Assembly: GCA_963770895.1 (NCBI GenBank)
Contig: CAVYRF010000002.1
Coordinates: 1,408,001 to 1,472,000 of the forward strand
Reading direction: 5' to 3'
DNA length: 64,000 nucleotides
DNA from: an uncultured Acidobacteriota bacterium
Lineage (GTDB): Bacteria > Acidobacteriota > Thermoanaerobaculia > Multivoradales > UBA5704
Shown: piece after piece, positions 9,897 to 19,626 of the stretch
Numbering within the stretch: position 1 is the first letter of the stretch
How the letters are laid out: the number at the start of each line of letters is the position of its first letter
The notes under the pieces: generated by a model
The model's database searches: none
The model's input: only the letters and a program-made list of their open reading frames with translations
Told to the model about the DNA's origin: nothing
Translations under genes and position numbers: made by a program

Positions 9897-11095
9897 AGCT
9901 GCTGATTCTGTACGAGACGGTCTATCCCGATTTCATCGGCGGCGTCGAGCTGCGCAACCACGAGGTGGCGGCGGCGCTCTGCCGGCGCGGGCACCACGTG
10001 ACGATGGCGGGCTTCTGCGGCGACCTGGCCAGCGACCGCCCCGATCTGCACATTCACTCGCTGGGCCGCCTGGGTAGCCTGTACAACCGCGCCGGCAAGC
10101 GCAGCACCCGCCAGGCGCTGCGGTTCGCCGCGGCGGTGGCGCGCCTGGACCTGGCCCCCTACGACGTCGTCGAGACGCCGAACATGCCCTACATCCACCT
10201 GCTGCCGCTGGCGTGGAAGTGCGCCCGCGCCGGCAAGCCGCTGGTCGTCACCTGGCACGAGTACTGGGGACCCTACTGGCGAGGCTATGTGGGCCGCGCG
10301 GCAGCGCCCGCCTACCGCGCCATCGAATGGCTCACCGCCCAGCTGGGCACCGCGGTCATCGCGGTCAGCGACCTGACCCGCGAACGGCTGGCCGCGGCGC
10401 GACGGCCGCGGTGGCCACGCCGGCGCATCGGCGGCGACATTCCGCTGGTCGCCAACGGCATCACCGTGGCGCGCGTACAGGCCGCCGCCGCCACGCCGCC
10501 GCGCGGCGCCGCGCCCCTGCTCTACGCCGGCAGGCTCCTCACCCACAAGCGCCTGGACCTGGCCCTGGGCGCCGTCCAGCTGCTGACCCGGCAGGCTCCC
10601 GCCGGCGGCGCCGGCGGCGGCCTCCTGCTCACCGTCTTTGGCGAGGGGCCGGACCGCGAACGCCTGGAGGCGATGGCGCGCCAGATGGGGATCGCCGGCC
10701 GGGTCGCGTTTCGCGGCCACGTCAAGAGCAGCGAAGAGGTGTGGAGCGAAATGGGCGGCGCGCGCCTGGCGGTGCAGCCTTCGGCGCGCGAGGGCTTCGG
10801 CATCTTTCCGCTGGAGGCGATGGCCGCCGGCCTGCCGGTGGTCTACTGCGACTCCCCCGAAAGCGCCGTCGGCGAGCTGGTGCGCGACGGCGTCGAAGGG
10901 GTCGCCACCGCGCCCGACGCCGGCGCCCTGGCCGCGGCGCTCGCGGCGCTGCTCGCGGGCGACGGCGACGCCGAGAGCGAGCTGCGGCGCCTGGCCGCCA
11001 ACGCCCGCCGGCGCGCCGCGCACTACGATTGGGACGAGATCGGCGAGCGCATCGAAGCGATCTGCCTGGACCTCATCGCTCGACGTAGCCGATGA
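9893..11095 (+). CDS. GT4 glycosyltransferase
   Basis: GTG start overlaps the upstream stop. Motifs IGGVELR, VTWHE, YAGRLLTHKR, PSAREGFGIFPLEAMAAGLPVV (EX7E). Confidence 0.92.
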   Translation: MKLLILYETVYPDFIGGVELRNHEVAAALCRRGHHVTMAGFCGDLASDRPDLHIHSLGRLGSLYNRAGKRSTRQALRFAAAVARLDLAPYDVVETPNMPYIHLLPLAWKCARAGKPLVVTWHEYWGPYWRGYVGRAAAPAYRAIEWLTAQLGTAVIAVSDLTRERLAAARRPRWPRRRIGGDIPLVANGITVARVQAAAATPPRGAAPLLYAGRLLTHKRLDLALGAVQLLTRQAPAGGAGGGLLLTVFGEGPDRERLEAMARQMGIAGRVAFRGHVKSSEEVWSEMGGARLAVQPSAREGFGIFPLEAMAAGLPVVYCDSPESAVGELVRDGVEGVATAPDAGALAAALAALLAGDGDAESELRRLAANARRRAAHYDWDEIGERIEAICLDLIARRSR

Positions 11096-11804
11096 CCAAG
11101 CCGCGGGTGCCGGGCCAGCGGTCGCCGTAGGTCGCGCCGGCCACCTGCTCCCAAGCGACTTCCGACCAGGTGGTCAGCCCCGAGCGCCGCAGGTAGCGGC
11201 AGCGGCTGAACGGCAGGCTGCCCGCGGCCAGCTGCCGATCCATGTCGGCGTTGTAGCCCAGCGGCAGGGTCGCCACCAGGCAGCCGCCGGGCGCCAGCTG
11301 CGCGCTCAGGTTGGCGACGGTGCGGGCGATCTTGCCGGGGTCGCGCGGGTCCTCGTCCCAGCCGATGTGCTCCAGGGTCGAAATGCTGACGATCAGGTCG
11401 TACGGGCGGTCGGCGCAAAAGCTGACCGCATCTTCGTTCAGGATCGATCCGCCGCGCTCGAACTTGTCGAGCACCTGATGCCGCACGTCGAAGTAGTGCG
11501 ACAGGACGTTGCCGACCTCCAGCACCCGCCCGCCTTGGCGCCGGCACACTTCGCTCCACACGATCGGGATCTCGACCGCCCGCTCGTTGCTCCACGTCAG
11601 GTTGTAGTTGTGCAGGAAGTAGGCGTGGCGCTCCGGGGCGAGCTCGAACGTGCGGCCCAGCCGCCTGACCACCGGCCGCCACACCGGCGACGTCGCCCAC
11701 AGCGCCGCGATCCGCAGCAGGTAGAGCCAGCCCCGTTCGGCCAGCACCTGCCGCGCCGTGCGCCAGCGGCCACAGGTCGCTTGGGCATCGTAACGGAATC
11801 TCAC
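11073..11804 (-). CDS. SAM-dependent methyltransferase-like protein
   Basis: ERAVEIP, RVLEVGNVL, YDLIVSISTLEHIG, LAPGGCLVATLP. Confidence 0.7.
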   Translation of the reverse strand: MRFRYDAQATCGRWRTARQVLAERGWLYLLRIAALWATSPVWRPVVRRLGRTFELAPERHAYFLHNYNLTWSNERAVEIPIVWSEVCRRQGGRVLEVGNVLSHYFDVRHQVLDKFERGGSILNEDAVSFCADRPYDLIVSISTLEHIGWDEDPRDPGKIARTVANLSAQLAPGGCLVATLPLGYNADMDRQLAAGSLPFSRCRYLRRSGLTTWSEVAWEQVAGATYGDRWPGTRGLVIGYVER

Positions 11805-11914
11805 GCAGGGGTCCCCGGCGCGCCGTCCGGCCGGGCCGGCCCGCGGGCGCGGCGGCGATCATAGCAGCGGCGGGTGGTCCGGCGCCGCGCAGCTGTGCTA
11901 TCAATCCGAGCCGC

Positions 11915-14227
11915 ATGATCCTGTTAGCCGTGCTGGGGCTCGCCCTCACCCTGTGCACGCTGGCCCTGCTCGCCACCGGTGGCTTCCTCCTGGCGCACCG
12001 CCTGCTGGCCGGCGAGGCGGCAAGCGACCCGCTCGCCCTGGCCATCGCCAGCCTGCTGGCGGCCACCGCCCAGGCGGTCGGCATCGCCCTGCTGCTGGGC
12101 GCCCTGGGAGTGCTGTCCTTCCCCCTGGCGCTCCTGGCGCAGACCCTGGTGGTGGCGCTCCTGGCGCGCACCGGCCGCGGATCGGCCGCCCAGGCCGCCG
12201 CCGCCGAAGCCGCGCGCCACCTGGCCCGGCGCACCTGGGAGCGGCTGCGCCAGCACCCCGCGCTCAGCCTGATCGCCGCCCACGCGGTGGGCAGTGAAGC
12301 CCTGCGCGGCCTGTTCCGCCCGCCGCTCGCCTGGGACAGCCTGATGTATCACCTGCTGCTCACCGCGACCTGGCTGCAGCACCGCAACCTGCGGCCGGTC
12401 TTCGGTCCCTACCCGATCAACGTCTACGGCTTCGTGCCGGCGAACGGCTCGCTGTGGTTCTGGTGGTGGATGGCGCCCTCCCACAGCGAGATCTACGTCA
12501 ACCTGGCCTCCCTGGCGCAATGGGCCCTGCTGGGCCTGGCGGCCGGCGGCGTCGCCCGTCAGCTGGGAGCGCGCCGCGGCTGGCCGCTCGCCGGCTTTCT
12601 GGTGCTGCTGACGCCCACCGTGGTGCGCTTTGCCGCCACCCAATACGTGGACATCTTCCTGTCCGCCGCCCTGCTGGCCGCCGCCTTCTTCGCCCTGCGC
12701 TGGATGGAGCGCCCGCGCCTGGCCTACGCCGTGCTGATCGGCACCGGCTGCGGCCTGGCCTGCGGCGCCAAGCTGTTCGGCGTCCCCTACGCCGGCACCC
12801 TGGCGGCCGCCGCCCTGCTGCTGGCGGGCGCCGCGGCGGGCCCCTGGCGCCGGCGCCTGGCCCACACCCTGGCGGCGATCGCGGCGATCGCCATCTTCGG
12901 CAGCTTCTTCTACCTGCGCAACATCGCCGCCGGCGCCGGCCCCCTGGCCCTGGCGTGCGAAGGCAGGGAAGGCGATGCGTCGACGCCCACCTCGGCAGCC
13001 GCGCCGCCGCCGATCGCCGGCGCACCGGCGGTCACACCGACCGCGCCCGCGTCGACCGGCCCCCCATCCGCCACCGCGGACCGCGGCCCCTCGCCGGCCG
13101 GCCAGACCGGGGCGATCGACACCAGCCTGGCGGCGGGCAGCGCGGCCGCCGCCGGCGCCTCTCCGGGTCCGCTCGCCATGCTGCGGCGCTGGCTGCCGAA
13201 GCTGCCGCGCAAGGACTCCGTGTTCGACCTGTGGACCAAACCCGGCGGCAAGGCGCTGGTGCTGGATGCCTTTTTAGGCATCACCCGCCCGCAATCGGTC
13301 GAGCTGGGGGCGGGGCCGCAGATCGCCGTGCTGGCCCTGGCCCTGCTGGCGCTCCCCTTCGGCGTCGCCGCGCCGTGGCGGCGGGCGGCGTTCCTGGCGG
13401 CCAGCCAGATCCTCTTCGAGCTGGTCTTCTGGGCCGCCGTGCCGTTCGCCGCCAACCTGAACATCTTCGCCAACATCCGCTACCTGACGCCGGCCATCGG
13501 CCTGGCGCTGGCCGGCGGCATCGCGGTCGCCGAGCAACGCGGCATGAGCGACCTCTGGCTGCGCGGCATCGCCATCGCCCTGGCCTGTCAGGGGCTGCTC
13601 CAGATGCACTCCGAAATGCCGCGCGGCGTCCGCCTGGCCCTGGCCGCCTGCGACCTGGCCGCGGTGGCGCTCGGCCTGTCGCCCTCCCTGCGCCGCCTGC
13701 TGCGCCGCCGCGCCGCGCTCTGCGCCGCCGCCACCCTGATCCTGGCGCTGGCCGCCGCCCCCATCCTGGTGCGCTTCCGCGTCGCCGACCGCGACCGCGC
13801 CCTGGCCACCGAGTGGACCGCCCACTCCACCTCCGCCTACGTCTTTGCCGGCGGCTGGAAATGGCTCGACCAATTTGGCGGCGACAGTGCCGTCGACGTC
13901 GTCGGCGCTCCCGGCACCTACTTTGTCTACCCCGCCATGGGACCCTACCTGGAGCGCCAAGTCCGCTACGTCAACGTCGACGCCGCCAACTACGACAACG
14001 CCGCCCGCTACCCGGCCTGCAACCCCCGCCTCACCCCCACCCCCGACGCCTGGCTCGCCAACCTCGCCGCCGCCCACACCCGCTGGCTCCTGCTCAACCG
14101 CTACCCCGAATTCGACTACCCCATCGAAAGCCGCTGGGCCGCCGCCCGCCCCGACCTCTTCGCCCTCCGCTACGACGACCACACCAGCCAGATCTACGAA
14201 TACCTGCCCGCCACCCCCAGCCGCTAG
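11915..14227 (+). CDS. Multi-TM GT-C-fold glycosyltransferase-like protein, paralog B
   Basis: PPLAWDSLMYHL, WWWMAPSHSE, RFAATQYVD, NIRYL and YPAMGPYL are shared with 7656-9896. Confidence 0.7.
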   Translation: MILLAVLGLALTLCTLALLATGGFLLAHRLLAGEAASDPLALAIASLLAATAQAVGIALLLGALGVLSFPLALLAQTLVVALLARTGRGSAAQAAAAEAARHLARRTWERLRQHPALSLIAAHAVGSEALRGLFRPPLAWDSLMYHLLLTATWLQHRNLRPVFGPYPINVYGFVPANGSLWFWWWMAPSHSEIYVNLASLAQWALLGLAAGGVARQLGARRGWPLAGFLVLLTPTVVRFAATQYVDIFLSAALLAAAFFALRWMERPRLAYAVLIGTGCGLACGAKLFGVPYAGTLAAAALLLAGAAAGPWRRRLAHTLAAIAAIAIFGSFFYLRNIAAGAGPLALACEGREGDASTPTSAAAPPPIAGAPAVTPTAPASTGPPSATADRGPSPAGQTGAIDTSLAAGSAAAAGASPGPLAMLRRWLPKLPRKDSVFDLWTKPGGKALVLDAFLGITRPQSVELGAGPQIAVLALALLALPFGVAAPWRRAAFLAASQILFELVFWAAVPFAANLNIFANIRYLTPAIGLALAGGIAVAEQRGMSDLWLRGIAIALACQGLLQMHSEMPRGVRLALAACDLAAVALGLSPSLRRLLRRRAALCAAATLILALAAAPILVRFRVADRDRALATEWTAHSTSAYVFAGGWKWLDQFGGDSAVDVVGAPGTYFVYPAMGPYLERQVRYVNVDAANYDNAARYPACNPRLTPTPDAWLANLAAAHTRWLLLNRYPEFDYPIESRWAAARPDLFALRYDDHTSQIYEYLPATPSR

Positions 14228-14261
14228 TGCGATCGGCCGCCGGCGCCAGTCCGATCGCCGA

Positions 14262-14681
14262 TCAGGTCACCAGCTCGACCGGCAGCCCCGCCGGCAGCCG
14301 GCGATAGAACTTGCGGTCCGCGGTCACCAGGATCGCTCCGATCGATTCCGCGACGGCCAGATACGACGCGTCATAAAACGTAAGGCCGTTGGCCTTGGCC
14401 AGTGCAACGCTGCGCTCGACGATCCCGAAACCCAAGGGCACCTCACGCAGGCCCAGAGCACAGAGCGCGGTAAGGATCATGGCGGCGTCCGGGCGCTTCA
14501 GACAGAGCACATTGCCGACCTCGTAGACCCAAAGAGGCGGCACGGCCAGCGCGATCTCGCCCTTCCGCCAGCGGCCCAGCAGCTGTGCGGCCGCGGCATG
14601 ACCGGGCTCGGCCGCGGAATCCAAAACCCATTTGAGGATGACCGACGCATCCGGTACGAAGGTCGGCGCAGACTCGCTCAT
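14262..14681 (-). CDS. vapC: PIN-domain (VapC-like) toxin
   Basis: DASVILKW, YEVGNVL, LTFYDASYLAVAE, LVTADRKF. Confidence 0.88.
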   Translation of the reverse strand: MSESAPTFVPDASVILKWVLDSAAEPGHAAAAQLLGRWRKGEIALAVPPLWVYEVGNVLCLKRPDAAMILTALCALGLREVPLGFGIVERSVALAKANGLTFYDASYLAVAESIGAILVTADRKFYRRLPAGLPVELVT

Positions 14682-14908
14682 CGAGCGTCACGAAACGAAC
14701 GGATCGTGTCCACGATGTCCTTTGTTGACACGTGAGGGCCTTTCTGGCGCAGCTCCTCGAGCGTGTCGATTGCCCGCTGCTGCCGCACCCTGGCCAGCTG
14801 AGCGCGCAAGGCTTCGTTAGCAAAACGGCTGCGTTCGCCCGCGGGAATGAGCGAGTCCAGGTCCGCTTTGACCGCGTCGTCGAGCACCAGGTTGACCTTG
14901 ACAGTCAT
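14678..14908 (-). CDS. Ribbon-helix-helix-type antitoxin (VapB-like)
   Basis: Small ORF MTVKVNLVLDD...GERSRFANEALR immediately upstream of the PIN gene and overlapping it (ATGA). Confidence 0.75.
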   Translation of the reverse strand: MTVKVNLVLDDAVKADLDSLIPAGERSRFANEALRAQLARVRQQRAIDTLEELRQKGPHVSTKDIVDTIRSFRDAR

Positions 14909-15074
14909 GGCGAACCTCCGGAGAGACAATCCGTCAACACAATTCTACCAGATGGCTGGATTCCGATCGATGGAGGAGGTGCTGAAGGCCGGCAAGATCG
15001 TGGGCCGTGTGGGGGCGGCGGCTCGGGATCTTGCCGGCGGGAGCGGTTGGCGAGGCGACGGCCGGGATGGTGGT

Positions 15075-16400
15075 CTAAGAGGCGGCTTTCTGCACGACGA
15101 TGCGGCCGGCTTGCATGACCAGGAGGGGGTGCTCGGTGACGGAGATGTTGGCCAGGGGATCGCCGGGGACGGCGACGATGTCGGCGGCTTTGCCGGATTC
15201 CAGGGTGCCGGTTTCCTGACTGATGCCCAGGAGGTCGGCGGCCGCGGAGGTGGCGGCGCGCAGGGCGGCGGCGGGGGACATGCCGAGGCCGGTCATCAGC
15301 GAGAATTCGCGCGCGTTCATGCCGTGCGGGGAGACGGCCGAGTCGGTGCCGAAGGCGATGCGGACGCCCAGGCGCAGGGCGTTGCGGAACATGTCGCTGC
15401 GCGCCGCCAGAGCGGCCTTGGCTTTGGCGGCGATCACCGGCGGGAAGCGATCGGCCTTGCCGCCGGTCCATTCACCGGCGAGCAGCGTCGGCACCAGGAA
15501 GACGCCCTTTTCTTTCATCTTGGCCAGCGTCTCGGGAGTAAGGAAAGAACCGTGCTCGATCGAATTGACGCCCGCCGCGATCGCCATGCGCGCCGCGATG
15601 TCGCCGTGACAGTGGGCGGCCACCTTGCGGCCCCAGTTATGGGCCTCTTCGACGATGGCGTTCATTTCGGCTTGCGACAGCTCGGGCGCGTCCACCGGAT
15701 CGGTCAGCGAAAGCACGCCGCCCGATGGCATGAACTTGATGACGTCGGCGCCATACTTGATCTGGTAGCGGACGGCGGCGCGGCATTCGTCGGCGCCGTT
15801 GCAAATGCCTTCGATCGGCCCGGAGGGCTTGATGCGCTCCGCCGGCTCCGCCGAGCCGTCGGCATGGCCGCCGGTGGCGCCGATGGCATGCACCGCCACC
15901 AGCATCCGCGGCCCTTCGGTGATGCCGGCGGCGATGGCGTTGCGCAGGCCGAGGTCGATGTAGTCGCCCGATCCCACGTCGCGCACGGTGGTGAAGCCTG
16001 CCTCAAGCGTGCGGCGCGCGTAGAGCGCCGCGTAGTGCGCCTGTTCGGCGGGGAAGCGCATCGCGCCTTCGAAATAGTCGCGATAGAAATTGTCGGAGCT
16101 TTCGAAGCTGAGGTGGGTGTGCGCATCGATGAATCCCGGCAGCAGCGTGGCATCGCCAAGATCGATCACTTTTGCGCCGGCCGGGGCGGTCAGCCCCGTT
16201 CCCACGCGGCTGATCTTGCCGTTTTCCACCAGGACCTCGCCCGGCGAGATCCACTTTTCAGCCTTGCCGTCGAACAGCCGGGCGGCCTTCAGCAGCACCG
16301 CCGCCGGTGCGGCCGGCGCCGGCTGCTGGGCGCGGCCGCTCACCACGGCGGCGGCCAGAGCAACCACAACGGTTGCTGACACCATGATCCTTCGTAGCAT
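15075..16400 (-). CDS. Secreted amidohydrolase-family protein (Xaa-Pro dipeptidase-like)
   Basis: Signal peptide; LLPGFIDAHTHL, GFTTVRDVG, GADVIKF, VAAHCHG, SIEHG, IAFGTDS, GKAADIVAV. Confidence 0.9.
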   Translation of the reverse strand: MLRRIMVSATVVVALAAAVVSGRAQQPAPAAPAAVLLKAARLFDGKAEKWISPGEVLVENGKISRVGTGLTAPAGAKVIDLGDATLLPGFIDAHTHLSFESSDNFYRDYFEGAMRFPAEQAHYAALYARRTLEAGFTTVRDVGSGDYIDLGLRNAIAAGITEGPRMLVAVHAIGATGGHADGSAEPAERIKPSGPIEGICNGADECRAAVRYQIKYGADVIKFMPSGGVLSLTDPVDAPELSQAEMNAIVEEAHNWGRKVAAHCHGDIAARMAIAAGVNSIEHGSFLTPETLAKMKEKGVFLVPTLLAGEWTGGKADRFPPVIAAKAKAALAARSDMFRNALRLGVRIAFGTDSAVSPHGMNAREFSLMTGLGMSPAAALRAATSAAADLLGISQETGTLESGKAADIVAVPGDPLANISVTEHPLLVMQAGRIVVQKAAS

Positions 16401-16494
16401 AGGAAGCTCTCCTTGCAGGACAGAAGCTCGGACTCGGGCGATCGGGGCGCGCGTCGCATCTTAGCGCATCGCGATGCCATAATCGGCGCGCTTT

Positions 16495-18963
16495 ATGGCC
16501 CTGCTCCTCTATCTGATTGGCGCCGTCCTGATCGGTCTGGCAGTGCGCTGGTGGCGCCCGCAGCCCGGCTGGCGGGCGCTCGCGGTCTACGCGCTGCTGG
16601 CCGCCGCGTTTTTCGCCGTGCCGCTCACCACGCCGGCGGTGCAGGTGCCGACCGACATCGTCTACCTGGTCCGCCCCTTCCAGGAGATGCTGGCGGCGCC
16701 GATCGAGCCGGCCAATCGCGAGCTGATCGACGTGCCTTCGCAGATGATCCCGTTCCGCGCCCTGGTGCGAAACCGGCTGCTGCACGGCGAAGCGCCGCTG
16801 TGGGCCAACGAGATGGGAACCGGCGGGCCGCTGCTCGGCGACGCCTCCTCGGCACCCTTTTCGCCGCTCGGCCTGCTCACCCTGCCGCTGCCGGCGGTGC
16901 GGTCGCTGCCGGTCACCGCCGCCTTGCGGCTGCTGCTGTCGCTGGCGTTGACCGACGCGCTGCTGTCGGCGCTGGGCGCCGGCCGGGCCGGCGCGGCCTT
17001 CGGCGCGCTGGCCTACACCTTCTCGGTGTTCTCGATCGGCTGGGGCTACCACCCGCAGAGCATGACCATGGCCTGGGTGCCGGGCGTGCTGCTCGGCCTG
17101 ACGCTGCTGCGCCGCGGCGAGCGCGGCGGCTTCGCCGGCCTGATCGTCTGCGCCACCGGCGCCGCCCTGTCCGGCCACCCCGAGACGCTGGCCCACTCCG
17201 CCCTGGGAATCGCCGCGGTCGGCGTCGCGCTGCTCGCCCTGCCCGGCGGCGCACCGCGCCCACGCTACCTGCTGCGCGCTGCAGCGGCGGCGCTGCTGGC
17301 GGCGGGCCTGGCCGCGCCCGCGCTGCTGCCGGTGATCGAGGCCATTCCCGAGGGCGTGCGCAGCGAAATGCTGCGCCGCAACCCCGACCTGCTGCGGCCG
17401 CCCAACTTCGCCGCCGGCCAGCTGCGCGTGCTGGTCGATCCGCTGGTCTTCGGCAGCCCGCGCTACGGCGGCTACCACGGCCCGCTCAACTATATTGAAC
17501 TGTGCAGCGGCTACGCCGGCGGCCTGGCCCTGGCCCTGGCCCTGGCCGCCGCGCTGGCCTGCCGCGGCCGCTACCTGGCGATGCTCGCCGGCGGCGCGGC
17601 CGCCGCCGCCGCGGCCTTTGCCGTCCCGCCGTTCCTGCAGCTGGTGACCGCGCTGCCGCTGTACGACCGCGCCACCAACGGGCGCCTGCGCCTGCTGTGG
17701 GTGCTGGCGCTGGCGATCGGCGCCGGGCTGGGCCTGGAACCGCTCGCCGCCAGCCGCCGCGGCCGCTGGACCGCCGCCGCCTGCTGCGCCGCCGCGGGCG
17801 TCGCCCTGGCGCTGGTCGCGCCGCCCGCCTCGCCCTGGCAGCGCGCCTGGTGGCTGGCAACCCTAGCCGGCTTCGCCGCCACCGCCGCCGCCTTCGCCTG
17901 GCGGGCCGCACGGCCCGCAACCCGTCCCCACCAGCCGATTGCACCGGCCGGGCTGCTGGATACGGGCGGCGGCACCGCCGCCGATTGGCTGCCGTGGCTG
18001 GCCGTGGCCTGCCTGGCGCTGGACCTGGGACTGCTCAACGGGCGCTTCCTGCCGGTGCTGCCGCCGGAGCTCGACCTGTCGCCGCCGCCGGCGCTGCAGG
18101 CGATCCTGAGCGACCAGCGCGTCCCCTTCCGGGTGATCGGCAGCCACTACGACCTGCTGCCCAACCTGGCATCCGTCTACGGCCTGTGGGACCCGCGCGG
18201 CAACGACCCGATGCAGCCGGCGCAAGCCGCCCTGGTCGTCGGCATGGCGTTTCACCCGCGCCCCGGCCAGATCCTGGATGCCGTCCACCCGCCCTACCCG
18301 GTTGCCTTCCTCAGCTATCTTGGCGTGCGCTACATGCTGGGGGCGCATGGCGAAGAGCTCGCCGCCCCCTGGGAGCGCGCCTGGGACCTCCAGGGCGGCA
18401 CCGTCTGGCGCAACCGCGCCGCCCTGCCGCTGTTCTTCATGCCGGCGACCTGGCGCCCGGCGCGCGATCCGGCGGACGCCCTGCGCGCCACCCTGGCCAA
18501 CGTCGACTTTGCCGCCGCCGCGGTGACCGAACCACCCGGCGGGGCGGCCGCTGGCCCAGGCGGCGCCGCCCCCGGTGCAGGCGGCGAGCCAGGACCGCGT
18601 TCCCAACGGGGCAGCGTTCAAATTGCCAGCTTGAAGCCCAACAGCTTCGACCTGGACGTCGCAACCCCCACCGGCGGCCTCGCCGTGTCGAGCGTCGCCC
18701 TGTGCCGCGGCTGGCACCTCACCCTGGACGGCCGCCCTGCCGGCCTGGTGCGCGTCAACGGCGCCTTTATCGGCTTCCTTACGCCTCCCGGCACCCATCA
18801 CGCCGTCCTTGCGTACCGCCCCGCCGGCTGGGTCTGGGGCCTGCGCCTATGCGGCCTTGCCCTGCTCGGCCTCGCCGCGATCACCGCGTCCTCGGTGATC
18901 GCCCGCCACCGCCCGCTCGGCGCACCGGGGTTGTGGTTCGTCTGGAAGACGGCCGCCAGGTAG
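16495..18963 (+). CDS. YfhO-like multi-TM membrane protein (putative GT-C glycosyltransferase)
   Basis: APLWANEMGTGGPLLGD...PFSP, SGHPET, C-terminal GWHLTLDG...VNGAFIG...PPGTHHAVLAYRP. Confidence 0.78.
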   Translation: MALLLYLIGAVLIGLAVRWWRPQPGWRALAVYALLAAAFFAVPLTTPAVQVPTDIVYLVRPFQEMLAAPIEPANRELIDVPSQMIPFRALVRNRLLHGEAPLWANEMGTGGPLLGDASSAPFSPLGLLTLPLPAVRSLPVTAALRLLLSLALTDALLSALGAGRAGAAFGALAYTFSVFSIGWGYHPQSMTMAWVPGVLLGLTLLRRGERGGFAGLIVCATGAALSGHPETLAHSALGIAAVGVALLALPGGAPRPRYLLRAAAAALLAAGLAAPALLPVIEAIPEGVRSEMLRRNPDLLRPPNFAAGQLRVLVDPLVFGSPRYGGYHGPLNYIELCSGYAGGLALALALAAALACRGRYLAMLAGGAAAAAAAFAVPPFLQLVTALPLYDRATNGRLRLLWVLALAIGAGLGLEPLAASRRGRWTAAACCAAAGVALALVAPPASPWQRAWWLATLAGFAATAAAFAWRAARPATRPHQPIAPAGLLDTGGGTAADWLPWLAVACLALDLGLLNGRFLPVLPPELDLSPPPALQAILSDQRVPFRVIGSHYDLLPNLASVYGLWDPRGNDPMQPAQAALVVGMAFHPRPGQILDAVHPPYPVAFLSYLGVRYMLGAHGEELAAPWERAWDLQGGTVWRNRAALPLFFMPATWRPARDPADALRATLANVDFAAAAVTEPPGGAAAGPGGAAPGAGGEPGPRSQRGSVQIASLKPNSFDLDVATPTGGLAVSSVALCRGWHLTLDGRPAGLVRVNGAFIGFLTPPGTHHAVLAYRPAGWVWGLRLCGLALLGLAAITASSVIARHRPLGAPGLWFVWKTAAR

Positions 18964-18977
18964 CGTGAGCGGGTGTC

Positions 18978-19292
18978 TCAAGGAGAGTCGCGCTCTGCCT
19001 CGCGCAGGCGGAGGGTCTCGCGGAGGATCGGCAGGGCGAGCAGATCCTTGTTGCGGCCGGCCTGCTGCTTCGTCTCGATGATTGCCCGGACATCAAGGAG
19101 CAGGACGTTCACCCCTCCGGCGGCGACCAGCCGCTCGATGTTGTCGGCGGTGCGGCGGTAGACGATATCGGTGTCCAGCGTCGAGATGGGGGCGCCCTGC
19201 AGGACGGCCGCAACGCCGCCGACCAGAATGCATTCGACGCGGTTGCGGTCGAGGACTTCCAGGGTCTCCCGGAAATCAGGCAGGCCGTGCAT
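18978..19292 (-). CDS. Short nucleotidyltransferase-like protein (toxin-antitoxin-associated), possibly internally deleted
   Basis: ILVGGVAAVLQGAPISTLDTDIV (GG...DxD) and the ending IIETKQQAGRNKDL; only about 104 aa. Confidence 0.6.
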   Translation of the reverse strand: MHGLPDFRETLEVLDRNRVECILVGGVAAVLQGAPISTLDTDIVYRRTADNIERLVAAGGVNVLLLDVRAIIETKQQAGRNKDLLALPILRETLRLREAERDSP

Positions 19293-19557
19293 CACGGAGG
19301 GCCGAGACGCTGTCAACGAACGCCTGTAGAGCCGCGAGACGCTGGTCCGGTGTCAGCGACAGCATCCAGCGGATCAACGTTCGATCGACCCCCTCCGGGG
19401 ACTCGTCGGGCAGAGGGGTGGGCTCCCAGCGGGGGGAGACTGGCTCGACGGGCCTGGCCGTGGTTTCAGCCTGGCACGGGCAGCCTGCAAGGAGTCGCTT
19501 GCGGATTCTACGGGGCCAGGCCGACCAGCTTCGCACCCAAGAGCAGGGCGTCATCAC
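19276..19557 (-). CDS. Small partner protein of the nucleotidyltransferase (antitoxin-like); start uncertain
   Basis: The C-terminal GVDRTLIRWMLSLTPDQRL is the kind of sequence seen in small genes preceding such nucleotidyltransferases; it overlaps the downstream gene start. Confidence 0.5.
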   Translation of the reverse strand: MMTPCSWVRSWSAWPRRIRKRLLAGCPCQAETTARPVEPVSPRWEPTPLPDESPEGVDRTLIRWMLSLTPDQRLAALQAFVDSVSALRDARPA

Positions 19558-19626
19558 CTCGATCAGAACGATTCTCGCCGCTCAGGAGGCAGCACAAACG
19601 GTCACCAAGGAGCGGCGAGGAAATCG

